Shown piece after piece: positions 1 to 8,866 of a stretch of 64,000 nt of DNA. Each line of letters opens with the position of its first letter. The stretch's first letter is position 1. Below the pieces are notes generated by a model. It had not been told where the DNA came from, did not search any database, and saw only the letters and a list, made by a program, of their open reading frames with translations. The stretch is taken from positions 298 through 64,297 of the forward strand of contig CAJQJY010000009.1 in the NCBI GenBank assembly GCA_905478765.1. Reading direction: 5' to 3'. The stretch comes from an uncultured Flavobacteriales bacterium (GTDB taxonomy: Bacteria; Bacteroidota; Bacteroidia; Flavobacteriales; BACL11). The translations under genes and the position numbers were made by a program.

Positions 1-163
1 AGCGATCACCTAAGCCATTTGCGTAATAAATATCCAAGGAATCATCCCAGTTTGTTTGACTAAAGAAGATCTCAATGTTACGAATACCAACATCAAAAAC
101 ATTCTGTGAAAATGAAGAAAAAGAAACCCCAATTAAGGCAACAATAGAGAGTGCTTTACGCAT
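1..163 (-). CDS. CotH-like secreted protein, N-terminal fragment (gene continues past the window start)
   Basis: Minus-strand ATG at 163..161 gives MRKALSIVALIGVSFSSFSQNVFDVGIRNIEIFFSQTNWDDSLDIYYANGLGDR. It has a signal peptide, and the IRNIEIFFSQTNWDDSLD segment parallels IREIRIYFYDTDWDYQLD of the CotH-like protein at 1474..3726. Not in the ORF track because it is truncated. Confidence 0.45.
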   Translation of the reverse strand, partial: MRKALSIVALIGVSFSSFSQNVFDVGIRNIEIFFSQTNWDDSLDIYYANGLGDR

Positions 164-247
164 ATTTTATTTTTTTGTAAAGTTAAAAAATATAAATACT
201 TAAGAAAGAAAACTTAAACCCAATATTAGGTGCTTAAAATAACAGGA

Positions 248-1477
248 TTAATTAACCATAATTTTTTTAGTTAAAATAGCATCAAATGAAAGGACATTTA
301 CATAGTATAACCCTTTAGAAAAAGGAGACACATCAATACTATAATGCAGCTGATTACTATTATTTTCATATACCAAAGCACCTAAATTATTATAAATTTT
401 AAGTTGTTGAATTTTTTGATTTTCATTTGTTATATAAATCTTATCACTACTTGGGTTAGGAAATAAATCAAACCCATTATTTTTAATTGCACTAACAGCA
501 CTAGGAATAGCTGATATTTTAGAAACTCCTGTACTTGTAGCTACCCAAATATTATCTTGAGAATCAATGGCCAATCCTTTAACATTAGGCCCTACCAATC
601 CATCAGTTACATCAAAATCAATCCATTGATTACCATCCCACATTGCTACCCCTCCTACAGCTAAATAGCCAACATAAATGGCTGTCCAAATTCTTTCGTG
701 CGAATCCATTGCAATATCTACTACAGGATTTAAAGTGTCTGGAGGAGGCATAATATACATCCTAGTATGCTTAGTGAAAGTTGTATTAGTTGCATCCAAA
801 ACAGACATTCCACTTGAAGTTCCAACCCATTTATTATCCTGATCATCTATTAATAAGGCAGTAACATATTGCGAAAGCAATCCATTAGAAGTGTCATAAG
901 GCGTAAAAGTAGTTCCGTTAAAATGGGTAATTCCTCCTAAAGGTGAAGCAAACCACTTGTCACCATTTGAATCAAAAGCAGTAGCATTCACTCCACTCCA
1001 ATGTAAGTCAGGAGAAGAATATGAAATCCAAGAGTTACCGTCAAAATAAGAAACCCCTTGATTTGTACCTACCCATATACCACCATTGGCATCTTCATCA
1101 ATACTTTTAACTTGGTTACTAGCAGGTCCATTTGAAGTTGTATATGGTAGCCACATAAATCCATTTACTCCTGACACTAATTGATTGGCACCATAGTCTG
1201 TACCAATCCATATTTCACCATTAGCCATTGCAGTAATAACCTTGATGTTATCTGAAAGCATTCCAGGATAATTTGCTACATCATAAACTGCTAATGAAGA
1301 ACCATCAAACATTTGCACGCCAATAGATGTCCCAAGCCAAACATTATCATTTATATCTACATCAATACATTCCACAAAATCACTTAGCAAACCATCAGCT
1401 GTTGTGTAATTTGTAATTGTTTGAGCATTTAATTGCAATGCAACTATGCTCATTAATAATATGATTAGTTTTTTCAT
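248..1477 (-). CDS. Secreted beta-propeller protein (two-component-regulator propeller / Reg_prop-type repeats) with T9SS C-terminal sorting domain
   Basis: Signal peptide MKKLIILLMSIVALQLNAQ. Repeated W-x-G-T-x-x-G blades (VWLGTSIGV, IWIGTDYGA, IWVGTNQGV, KWVGTSSGM, IWVATSTGV). C-terminal FPNPSSDKIYI...GLYYVNV tail typical of type A T9SS CTDs. Start overlaps the upstream stop by 4 nt. Confidence 0.75.
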   Translation of the reverse strand: MKKLIILLMSIVALQLNAQTITNYTTADGLLSDFVECIDVDINDNVWLGTSIGVQMFDGSSLAVYDVANYPGMLSDNIKVITAMANGEIWIGTDYGANQLVSGVNGFMWLPYTTSNGPASNQVKSIDEDANGGIWVGTNQGVSYFDGNSWISYSSPDLHWSGVNATAFDSNGDKWFASPLGGITHFNGTTFTPYDTSNGLLSQYVTALLIDDQDNKWVGTSSGMSVLDATNTTFTKHTRMYIMPPPDTLNPVVDIAMDSHERIWTAIYVGYLAVGGVAMWDGNQWIDFDVTDGLVGPNVKGLAIDSQDNIWVATSTGVSKISAIPSAVSAIKNNGFDLFPNPSSDKIYITNENQKIQQLKIYNNLGALVYENNSNQLHYSIDVSPFSKGLYYVNVLSFDAILTKKIMVN

Positions 1478-3726
1478 TTAATTTTAATAATTTTTACTGT
1501 TTGATTTTTATCTAGCAAAGATATAAAATAAACTCCTGAATCCCAATTAGATGTTTGAACTAGATTTGTATTTTCATCAGCATAAATTAACTTTCCTAAT
1601 AAATCTCTTACTTCAACACTTTCAAAACTATCCCATTGTATAATATTGGAGAATGGATTAGGATACACCTTTATTAATTCCTTATTCTCAGTAATTGAAT
1701 TAACAAAATCATTATTTGAATTAAAGGTCGGTACCTGCATTATAAAAGAGCCACTCCCATTTGGGGATCTTGCAAAAGCAATATCATCAGCTTGTGGTAA
1801 GTAAGTTATAGAATCAATAAGCACACTATCGGCATTTGTTAAAATCAATTGCTCTCCTAAATTTGATAATTTAAAATTGGCGTGCATATCACCCTGCCCT
1901 CCATCTTCATCAGCCCAAATAATTGCATAGCCATTATCCGGAATAGTTTGATTTGGCAATTCCCATTTATGCAAAATTCCAGCAGTATCGGTCAAAAATA
2001 AACCAGCAGTAGAAATAGGAGAATTAGTTGTATTGTACAACTCTATCCAATCTTCAAACTTGCCACTTGCATCCGTAACACTAGTTACATTATTGGACAT
2101 AACTTCATTTATCACCACATCACCTACTTGTAATTGGGATTGAATATTGTAAAACTCATAAGCGGCACGCACAGGAGAAAATACCCCAGCAGAATCATTA
2201 TCAGCATACAAATAATAATCAACCAGATTAGCAGAGTTTAGAATTACACCACCAAAGACTCCATCATTTGCCAAGCCATCATTATGGTTTCCATCATCAA
2301 ACATAGCAGTAGTTTTAAAAGCCATATTATCTCCAAAACGATAGCCCAAAATAGCTTCAGTAGCATCTGAAATATCAGCAGTAATCCAAACATCATCACC
2401 CAGTATAAAATTCTGAGGACTAGTATTGATATTCGTAATTGTTGGCTCACCACTAAAGCCTGTGTAGTTACTCAAATAAGTAGCCCTAGCATCCATCAAT
2501 TGAGTAATTCCAGGGCAATCGGCAGTAACCAAAGTTACTGGGCTATTCAGATTTGCAATAAAATCAGCATAAGAATAAAACTTGTTGGTATCATTCTGAA
2601 CACTAGTATCAATCAAATTCTGAAAATATTGCCCTCTTACGGCATAACTCTGATTTGCAAAATTCTCATTTACAATCGTACGGATATGTGCTAAATACAT
2701 TTTTCTGTTTCTCTCACTTAAAAATAAGTTCCTTAGAAATGGTCTTGGTGAAACAGAAAATTGAGTATGATGCAATAATGGATCCATATTTTGTGCTTGA
2801 GCAATATCAAAACCACTGAAAAAAATAGAAGACGCATCAGTTAAACGAAAACTACCAAAGGACATATTTAAGTCCCATAACAAAGGATTGAACTGACCTG
2901 TTTTATCCATATACAAGTAATAATTTTGTCCATAACCAATATAAGAGTCAAAGTTAACAAGGGTGTAGTTTAAGGCATGTATCCAAAGTGATCTATCTAC
3001 ATTTAATATCTTTTCCACACTATAGGAATAATTATTCAAAGTATCAATTAAATTATAAAGGGATTCCCAACCATAATTCGATTTTAAAGCATAATAAGGC
3101 TCATAATCCAAACTATCATTTCCGTGTGCATTGCTTAGATTAGAGTTTTCTCCGCCAGGAGTTACATCTAAATTTTCAGGATTACACTTAAAAAACGGAT
3201 TGTATTTATTCCCAAAATGATCGTTCAAGAAATCCTTATTTACCGCCTCAACATTAGTATATAAACCCCAAAGCGTATCGTTAACATACACATTGGCATA
3301 ATTTGCTTTTGCTGATGGCAGATAATTTGCTGCAATTTCATAAGTAAGTACTTCTCTTACGAAGGAAGGGTCTTGATAGACATTGGATAGCTTTAGTTTA
3401 TCTATGCCTTGATGATCTTGCCCATCAATTACATAATCCAACTTAATATTAAATGGGTTTTTAAACCTATTTACCGAAACAGAACTAAAACCTTTATAAC
3501 GAACCCCTACACTATCATAAGGAGAACCATCAATAATTAAATCCGCTAAAATTCTTTCGTTATCACCTTGAACATACAAGCTATCCAATTGATAATCCCA
3601 ATCGGTATCATAAAAATAAATCCGAATTTCCCTTAGGGAATCTAGATCGTAAAAATTGCTTTGTGTAAATCCTATGGAATGTACGAAAACAGCAAATACA
3701 AAAAGTATATGATGCTTTTTTAGCAT
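1474..3726 (-). CDS. CotH-family protein with lamin-tail domain (LTD) and T9SS C-terminal sorting domain
   Basis: 750 aa with a signal peptide and a long CotH-like region (YFYDTDWDYQLD..., KLKLSNVYQDPSFVREVLTYE). LTD-like segment VINEVMSNN...DWIELYN. Tail VYPNPFSN...GVYFISL. Confidence 0.65.
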   Translation of the reverse strand: MLKKHHILFVFAVFVHSIGFTQSNFYDLDSLREIRIYFYDTDWDYQLDSLYVQGDNERILADLIIDGSPYDSVGVRYKGFSSVSVNRFKNPFNIKLDYVIDGQDHQGIDKLKLSNVYQDPSFVREVLTYEIAANYLPSAKANYANVYVNDTLWGLYTNVEAVNKDFLNDHFGNKYNPFFKCNPENLDVTPGGENSNLSNAHGNDSLDYEPYYALKSNYGWESLYNLIDTLNNYSYSVEKILNVDRSLWIHALNYTLVNFDSYIGYGQNYYLYMDKTGQFNPLLWDLNMSFGSFRLTDASSIFFSGFDIAQAQNMDPLLHHTQFSVSPRPFLRNLFLSERNRKMYLAHIRTIVNENFANQSYAVRGQYFQNLIDTSVQNDTNKFYSYADFIANLNSPVTLVTADCPGITQLMDARATYLSNYTGFSGEPTITNINTSPQNFILGDDVWITADISDATEAILGYRFGDNMAFKTTAMFDDGNHNDGLANDGVFGGVILNSANLVDYYLYADNDSAGVFSPVRAAYEFYNIQSQLQVGDVVINEVMSNNVTSVTDASGKFEDWIELYNTTNSPISTAGLFLTDTAGILHKWELPNQTIPDNGYAIIWADEDGGQGDMHANFKLSNLGEQLILTNADSVLIDSITYLPQADDIAFARSPNGSGSFIMQVPTFNSNNDFVNSITENKELIKVYPNPFSNIIQWDSFESVEVRDLLGKLIYADENTNLVQTSNWDSGVYFISLLDKNQTVKIIKIK

Positions 3727-3727
3727 A

Positions 3728-5323
3728 TTATTTTATGTGTACAATTCTTTCAGTTACCGACTGCCCCTTATCAGTAGTAATTTTTGCAAAATAAAGCCCC
3801 TCAGAAGAGGAGGATAGATCTATTTTTTCATTTACTAACCCTAAATGTTTATTTAGATGATTAGTATAAATTTGTTGTCCTAAAGAATTTACAATTTGAA
3901 TTTCTATATCTTGTATCTCAATAGTTTCAAATCTTAGAGAAATAACACCTTTTGTAGGATTAGGATAAATAGTTAAAGCATCAGTAATGATATTTTCAAT
4001 GTTCGCAGTTACATCGAAACAAGATGTTGATATAGTTCCATTTGAATAAATAAATGACTCTAATGCAATAATACCAGGGTAATCACATTCATACCTGAAT
4101 CCTTTTTCAGATTGTGCATAATAAGGACCCCAAATTATTTGTCCAGTTATTGCATCTACTTCATACATTACACCAGCTCCCCCTTGTCCTCCTGAAGCAT
4201 TAACATAAATGTTTCCGTTTGACATTCTGTCTGATGCAGATTGACCAGATGCAGAGTAAGCGCACTCATATCTTGTTGTATATGAAAAAGGTTCAAATGC
4301 TTGTCCAGGAGTTCTAAGATAAGTATTTGTTGGGGCATCCCATGGAGTTTCAATTCCATCAATAGCTGACACGCTATTACTTACACCGCTATTATTAAAA
4401 ACTTGCAAATAACCTCCGTTTGGTCTTCCGTCATCAGTGATCCATCTTGCATCATGAACAGCGTTATCAATAATTTGTGTTCCTGTCATCCCATAATTTG
4501 ATGGATTTCCCCATCTATATAGTATATCTCCACCCATTCCTGAATTACCGCCAGAATGTGTAGCCGCTTCTGCTGTTGTTGTACTATGATCAATAATATA
4601 GATCTCAGATGCAAAACGAGATGAAAAAACAATCTGATCTAAATCCTCATTGTAATCTACTCCATTTACATGAAACCAATCACCTCCACCTCCACCAGGG
4701 CCTCCTTGAGCTTGTATCATATTAATATTAATAAGCTCAGGGTAATCGGAAATATTTGAAACATAATTAGGTCCATTAGGATCTGTATCTTGACACATGT
4801 GATCCCAGATGTGCCATTCCCATACTATATTTGCTCCACCATTTCCGTCTGGTTCTAATTCAACAAAATGAGTTGGCCATTTATCTGAACTTGCATTATT
4901 AAATCCTGCTGCATTTAACTCAGTAGAAGTCTTTTTTTCATAAGCAGTAAGCAAAACATTATCTCCCACTAATGTTAAGTCATGATGACTAACATGATCA
5001 TTATCTGCATAATCAAAACTCCATACAATAGATCCATCTGGAGCAATTTCTTGAACTATACCAGCTCCAGCAGCTATATTTCCATTGCTAAATACACTAG
5101 TATTTCCTTTAGTACCTCTCACTAAATTTCCGTTCTCTTTTAAAGCTACAGTATAATTGCATTCAGTATTCATATCCCATGTATGGGCTATATTCTGATT
5201 CTCATCAATTAAATAGGTTGTATTAGATCCCTGTGCATTATATAGAGCAAAACCATTAAAAGATTGTCCATTAACAAAAATTGATGATGCAAATAATATT
5301 AATATTAATATTGTATTTTTCAT
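3728..5323 (-). CDS. Arylsulfotransferase (ASST)-like beta-propeller protein with T9SS C-terminal sorting domain
   Basis: 531 aa with a signal peptide. ASST-like strings VSHHDLTLVGDN, WEWHIWDH, DWFHVNGVDYNEDLDQIVFSSRFASEIYIIDHS. Tail IYPNPTKGVISL...GLYFAKI. Sits 1 nt upstream of the next gene. Confidence 0.55.
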   Translation of the reverse strand: MKNTILILILFASSIFVNGQSFNGFALYNAQGSNTTYLIDENQNIAHTWDMNTECNYTVALKENGNLVRGTKGNTSVFSNGNIAAGAGIVQEIAPDGSIVWSFDYADNDHVSHHDLTLVGDNVLLTAYEKKTSTELNAAGFNNASSDKWPTHFVELEPDGNGGANIVWEWHIWDHMCQDTDPNGPNYVSNISDYPELININMIQAQGGPGGGGGDWFHVNGVDYNEDLDQIVFSSRFASEIYIIDHSTTTAEAATHSGGNSGMGGDILYRWGNPSNYGMTGTQIIDNAVHDARWITDDGRPNGGYLQVFNNSGVSNSVSAIDGIETPWDAPTNTYLRTPGQAFEPFSYTTRYECAYSASGQSASDRMSNGNIYVNASGGQGGAGVMYEVDAITGQIIWGPYYAQSEKGFRYECDYPGIIALESFIYSNGTISTSCFDVTANIENIITDALTIYPNPTKGVISLRFETIEIQDIEIQIVNSLGQQIYTNHLNKHLGLVNEKIDLSSSSEGLYFAKITTDKGQSVTERIVHIK

Positions 5324-5355
5324 TTTATGTTTTGTGTTTTGTGTTTTTTATTAAA

Positions 5356-5778
5356 TTATTGTTTTTTATTCATATTTGGAGAGAACAGATTCTGCTCTTT
5401 AATAAAATCTTTAAACTCCATTCTTTGAGAATCAGTACATATTTCTATTAAATCATCTATATGCTCTTTATTTATCTTTTCTAATTCAATATATGAGTTA
5501 GTAAGAGGAGCCAAAAGCATCGAGTCACTATTAAGAAAATATGATTGTCTCAATTTATAAATTTCTTTCCTTAAGCTTTTTAATGACTTCCTATGATCGC
5601 TAATTAAAACATCATAGTTTTCTATTTGTTTACCATCTAATGACAATCTCTCTATAATTATATTTCTAGGACCACCTTTACTTACATCATTACTTTTACT
5701 ATAGTTTATAAAAAAGGAAAAAATATTAAGCAATACTAGCATAACAATAATAACAATATATAATCTTTTAGTACTCAT
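5356..5778 (-). CDS. Hypothetical membrane-anchored helical protein, third gene of the ECF sigma module (possibly Spy/CpxP-like; not verified)
   Basis: 140 aa with an N-terminal TM helix (LYIVIIVMLVLLNIFSFFI) followed by a charged, helix-prone sequence. Overlaps the anti-sigma-like gene by 11 nt. Confidence 0.5.
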   Translation of the reverse strand: MSTKRLYIVIIVMLVLLNIFSFFINYSKSNDVSKGGPRNIIIERLSLDGKQIENYDVLISDHRKSLKSLRKEIYKLRQSYFLNSDSMLLAPLTNSYIELEKINKEHIDDLIEICTDSQRMEFKDFIKEQNLFSPNMNKKQ

Positions 5779-6016
5779 AAACCAAATAATTTATTGGGCT
5801 ATCTAAATAATATTTCTTGTTAGATGAAAACTCATTATCATTATAACTTCGAAATGAAAAAAGGTTTATCGTAATCAATAAAGCAATGCAGATAACAGAA
5901 GCATATATTAATTTTATATCTGCTCTATCACTTATGCTCTCCATAATCTTATTGTAAAGCGCATCTGGAGGAGTTACCCTTTGAGTTTTATTTAATACTT
6001 CTAAACTTGTTTTCAT
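5768..6016 (-). CDS. Putative anti-sigma factor (small single-pass membrane protein)
   Basis: 82 aa lying 20 nt downstream of an ECF sigma gene. Cytoplasmic N-terminus (PPDALYNKIMESI), then one TM helix (LIYASVICIALLITINLF). The call rests on position and architecture only. Confidence 0.5.
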   Translation of the reverse strand: MKTSLEVLNKTQRVTPPDALYNKIMESISDRADIKLIYASVICIALLITINLFSFRSYNDNEFSSNKKYYLDSPINYLVYEY

Positions 6017-6036
6017 ATATATTTGACGAACTATTT

Positions 6037-6573
6037 TTAAATATCCTTCTCGTTTTCTAATAAATCTTTTAATTTCAATTTTGCTCTAAAAAATAATGAC
6101 TCAACAGCCTTCTCAGAAATATTCATGATTTCAGCAACCTTTTTTTGAGGTTCACCTTCTATCTTTAATAGCACAATAACTGTTTTATAGTTATTGGGCA
6201 ATTTATCCAAACATTTATAAATTATCTGTACACTCTCTTTATTTTCAAATTCTACTCCGGGATGATTAAAATTAACTGCCTCATTTATTCCATCCTTATT
6301 ATTAAAAAATAGTAAATTACTTAAAAACTTATTCTTGAGTCTTTTCTTTGATCTTAAATAATCTAATGATTTATTAATTGTAATTCTATAAATCCATGTT
6401 TCAATTTTTGATTCATATCTAAAAAATTCTAATTTCTTAAAAACAGTTTCAAAAACATCTTGTGCAATTTCCTCAGCATCCTCTTTATTAGCAGTATAAT
6501 TTAAAGCAAGATTAAAAACAAGCTCTTTATATTTTTCATAGAAATTCTTAAAATCAACTTTTTCATTAATCAT
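6037..6573 (-). CDS. RNA polymerase ECF-type sigma-70 family factor
   Basis: Region 2 (AEEIAQDVFETVFKKL...WIYRITINKSLDYLRSKKR) and region 4 (LPNNYKTVIVLLKIEGEPQKKVAEIMNISEKAVESLFFRAKLKLK). The track start at 6579 is a TTG. I prefer ATG 6573, which lies just downstream of the putative promoter. Confidence 0.85.
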   Translation of the reverse strand: MINEKVDFKNFYEKYKELVFNLALNYTANKEDAEEIAQDVFETVFKKLEFFRYESKIETWIYRITINKSLDYLRSKKRLKNKFLSNLLFFNNKDGINEAVNFNHPGVEFENKESVQIIYKCLDKLPNNYKTVIVLLKIEGEPQKKVAEIMNISEKAVESLFFRAKLKLKDLLENEKDI

Positions 6574-6580
6574 AGTCAAC

Positions 6581-6609
6581 TAGACGATAAAACATCATAA
6601 TATATTCGA
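6581..6609 (-). promoter_or_regulatory. Putative ECF-type promoter TCGAAT-N17-CGTCTA upstream of the sigma gene
   Basis: Minus strand reads TCGAAT atattatgatgttttat CGTCTA, ending 7 nt before ATG 6573. Hexamers and spacing are identical to the copy at 8867..8895. Confidence 0.45.
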
Positions 6610-8835
6610 TTATTGTGATATCATTTTCCTATAAATAATCCCATTATCAGTCTTAATTTGTATAAAATATATTGAATTAGAATATTCTGCTAAGTTGACA
6701 GATGTTCTGTATTCTCCCGTATGATTTATTGAACTTTCTTTATGAATAGATTCTCCAATAGAATTAAATATTATAAGTTCTAAGTTACATTTTTGAGTAT
6801 TTATAAATTGTATATTTATGACACCTTTAAATGGGTTAGGAAATAGCTTAAATTTAGTTATGCCATTATCATATACTGATAAATTTATACATTCTACTTC
6901 ACAGTCTGATAAAGATGAATATACTCCTTGCCCATTGCCTGGATCATAACAATTACCCTGATTATCACAATCCCAACTTGGTACTATACAACTACTCTGA
7001 CAAGAAGATAAACTACTATATTGGCCAGTGCCAGTACCAGGATCATAACAATTACCCCATTCACAATCCCAACTTGATACTATACAACTACTCTGACAAG
7101 AAGATAAACTACTATATTGGCCAGTACCAGTACCAGGATCATAACAATTACCCTGATTATCACAATCCCAACTTGATGAATTATTAATACCCTCGCATAC
7201 TACTTCAACCTCTATATTATAATAGAAATAATAATATCCCGGAAAGCCTGTTAGTCCAGCACTTGAGTTAGTTATACTAATTGCAGAGGCTATATCGTAA
7301 GGATAAATTGCATTTTCATCATTTCTATACAAACCAACGTTTTGAAGCGCCCCAGCGGCAACACCTAGCTGCATATCATTACCTATTGGAACCTCAAAAT
7401 TTAGAATTACTTGTTGTTGTCCAGAAATAACATTTAAAGTAGTGTCATCAATCACTACACCATTACTATTTCTTAATTCAAAGAGAATAGTACTTGAAGA
7501 CTCGGCATCAATAGTGGCTGAATTAATTACACATTCCTTGGAAGCATCAAAAACCAGATGCTGGTCATTATTAAAATAGCCACCTGAACCAAAAGTATTA
7601 TCTAAAGCACCTCCAAATGCAACTGTAGTATTTGCATTAGGATCAAAATTAACTGCGGATGGATTTGTACAACCTAGAATAGGAGGTTGACAGCTTCCAT
7701 CATCATAGCAAACAGATGCATCATAATTTATTGCAGTTATGTCAGTACAACCTGCATTATAGCAACACGAACCATCATTAAATATTGCAACTGATGAATA
7801 ATTATATGCTGTTTGATCTGTACAACCAAAATCCGCATTACTACAACCATTACTTGTTAGCAGTCCAGATCGATTGTTATTAATAGATGCTATCATTCTA
7901 GACTTTTGATCTTCGGTAAATATATTCATACATGCATCATCAGTATAGTCCATATAATTCATAAACATATCACCACTTGTTCCATTTCCGTTACAATTTG
8001 AAGTAGATGGGTAAGATGGACAACCATAATTAGAGCCTGAATGTTCAGGAGTATCATTACAAAAATCATTACCACAATTGGAATCACCCCATATATGCCT
8101 TAAGTTTAACCAATGTCCAACTTCATGAGTTGCAGTTCTTCCTAGATCATAAGGAGCTGTAGCCGTACCCATGTTACCAAAATAAGCATAATCACACACA
8201 ACCCCATCAGAGCTTACTGTTCCACCAGGAAATTGAGCATATCCTAATAAACCACCAGATAAATCACAAACCCATATATTAAGATATTCCAAAGGGTTCC
8301 AAGCATCAACACCACCTGAGGAAGTATATTTCACACCATTGTTAGTACTGAAAGAAGATTGTGAGGTAGATGTTCTTGTAATACCTGTAGTTATATTTCC
8401 ATAAGGATCTTCTGTAGCTAAACAAAATTCAATCTCAGTATCTGCAGCAACTGATAAAAAAGAGGATGGTGTATTAACAGCATCTACATTCTGTCTTCTA
8501 AAATCTTCATTTAGTATATCTATCTGGGATTGAATCTGTTGATCAGCAATATTTTCGTTATTATTATTATAAACAACATGAACAACAACAGGTATAGTAA
8601 TAATATTAACTAGATTTTTATTAGTATTATTTTTTATCCAATTCTGTAACTTAAGTTCATTATCTTGAATTTTTTTTAATAATGTTGGGTTATTTTTTTT
8701 CTGTTCTTCAAAATAAATCATAGTGCCACAATTTCTTTCTTGGCCTTTTAATTGATTAACATTAAAAATTAACAAACAAACTAATATGAAAACACCTTTT
8801 TTTATAAACAAATCAGAGCATCTACTAAAAAACAT
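6610..8835 (-). CDS. Secreted M43 (cytophagalysin/pappalysin-like) zinc metalloprotease with Cys-rich modules and T9SS CTD
   Basis: 741 aa. Zinc motif HEVGHWLNLRHIWGD. Three CTD..NY..DDGSC-type mini-modules and three SWDC modules. Tail LFPNPFKGVINI...SIYFIQI. Confidence 0.85.
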   Translation of the reverse strand: MFFSRCSDLFIKKGVFILVCLLIFNVNQLKGQERNCGTMIYFEEQKKNNPTLLKKIQDNELKLQNWIKNNTNKNLVNIITIPVVVHVVYNNNNENIADQQIQSQIDILNEDFRRQNVDAVNTPSSFLSVAADTEIEFCLATEDPYGNITTGITRTSTSQSSFSTNNGVKYTSSGGVDAWNPLEYLNIWVCDLSGGLLGYAQFPGGTVSSDGVVCDYAYFGNMGTATAPYDLGRTATHEVGHWLNLRHIWGDSNCGNDFCNDTPEHSGSNYGCPSYPSTSNCNGNGTSGDMFMNYMDYTDDACMNIFTEDQKSRMIASINNNRSGLLTSNGCSNADFGCTDQTAYNYSSVAIFNDGSCCYNAGCTDITAINYDASVCYDDGSCQPPILGCTNPSAVNFDPNANTTVAFGGALDNTFGSGGYFNNDQHLVFDASKECVINSATIDAESSSTILFELRNSNGVVIDDTTLNVISGQQQVILNFEVPIGNDMQLGVAAGALQNVGLYRNDENAIYPYDIASAISITNSSAGLTGFPGYYYFYYNIEVEVVCEGINNSSSWDCDNQGNCYDPGTGTGQYSSLSSCQSSCIVSSWDCEWGNCYDPGTGTGQYSSLSSCQSSCIVPSWDCDNQGNCYDPGNGQGVYSSLSDCEVECINLSVYDNGITKFKLFPNPFKGVINIQFINTQKCNLELIIFNSIGESIHKESSINHTGEYRTSVNLAEYSNSIYFIQIKTDNGIIYRKMISQ
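6889..7179 (-). repeat. Three tandem 93-99 bp coding repeats (SWDC four-cysteine module)
   Basis: Peptide units SSWDCDNQGNCYDPGTGTGQYSSLSSCQSSCIV / SSWDCEWGNCYDPGTGTGQYSSLSSCQSSCIV / PSWDCDNQGNCYDPGNGQGVYSSLSDCEVECIN. DNA from 6982 and from 7078 (period 96 nt) is identical over ~75 nt except one g/a difference. Confidence 0.9.
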
Positions 8836-8866
8836 TTTTTAATTTTTATATTCTTAAATTAATAAT

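Noticed and set aside
5329-5349. GTGTTTT x3 (AAAACAC x3 on the coding strand) directly upstream of the ASST-like ATG
   Set aside because: It is a very short low-complexity repeat in a 32-nt intergenic gap. It is most simply an A-rich unstructured translation initiation region, and I cannot support a specific function.
6915-7187. 90-aa plus-strand ORF with striking HNNYP/DYHNPNL repeats
   Set aside because: It is the antisense reading of the SWDC tandem repeats inside the M43 protease gene. Its periodicity comes from the sense-strand repeat, and it has no start context of its own.
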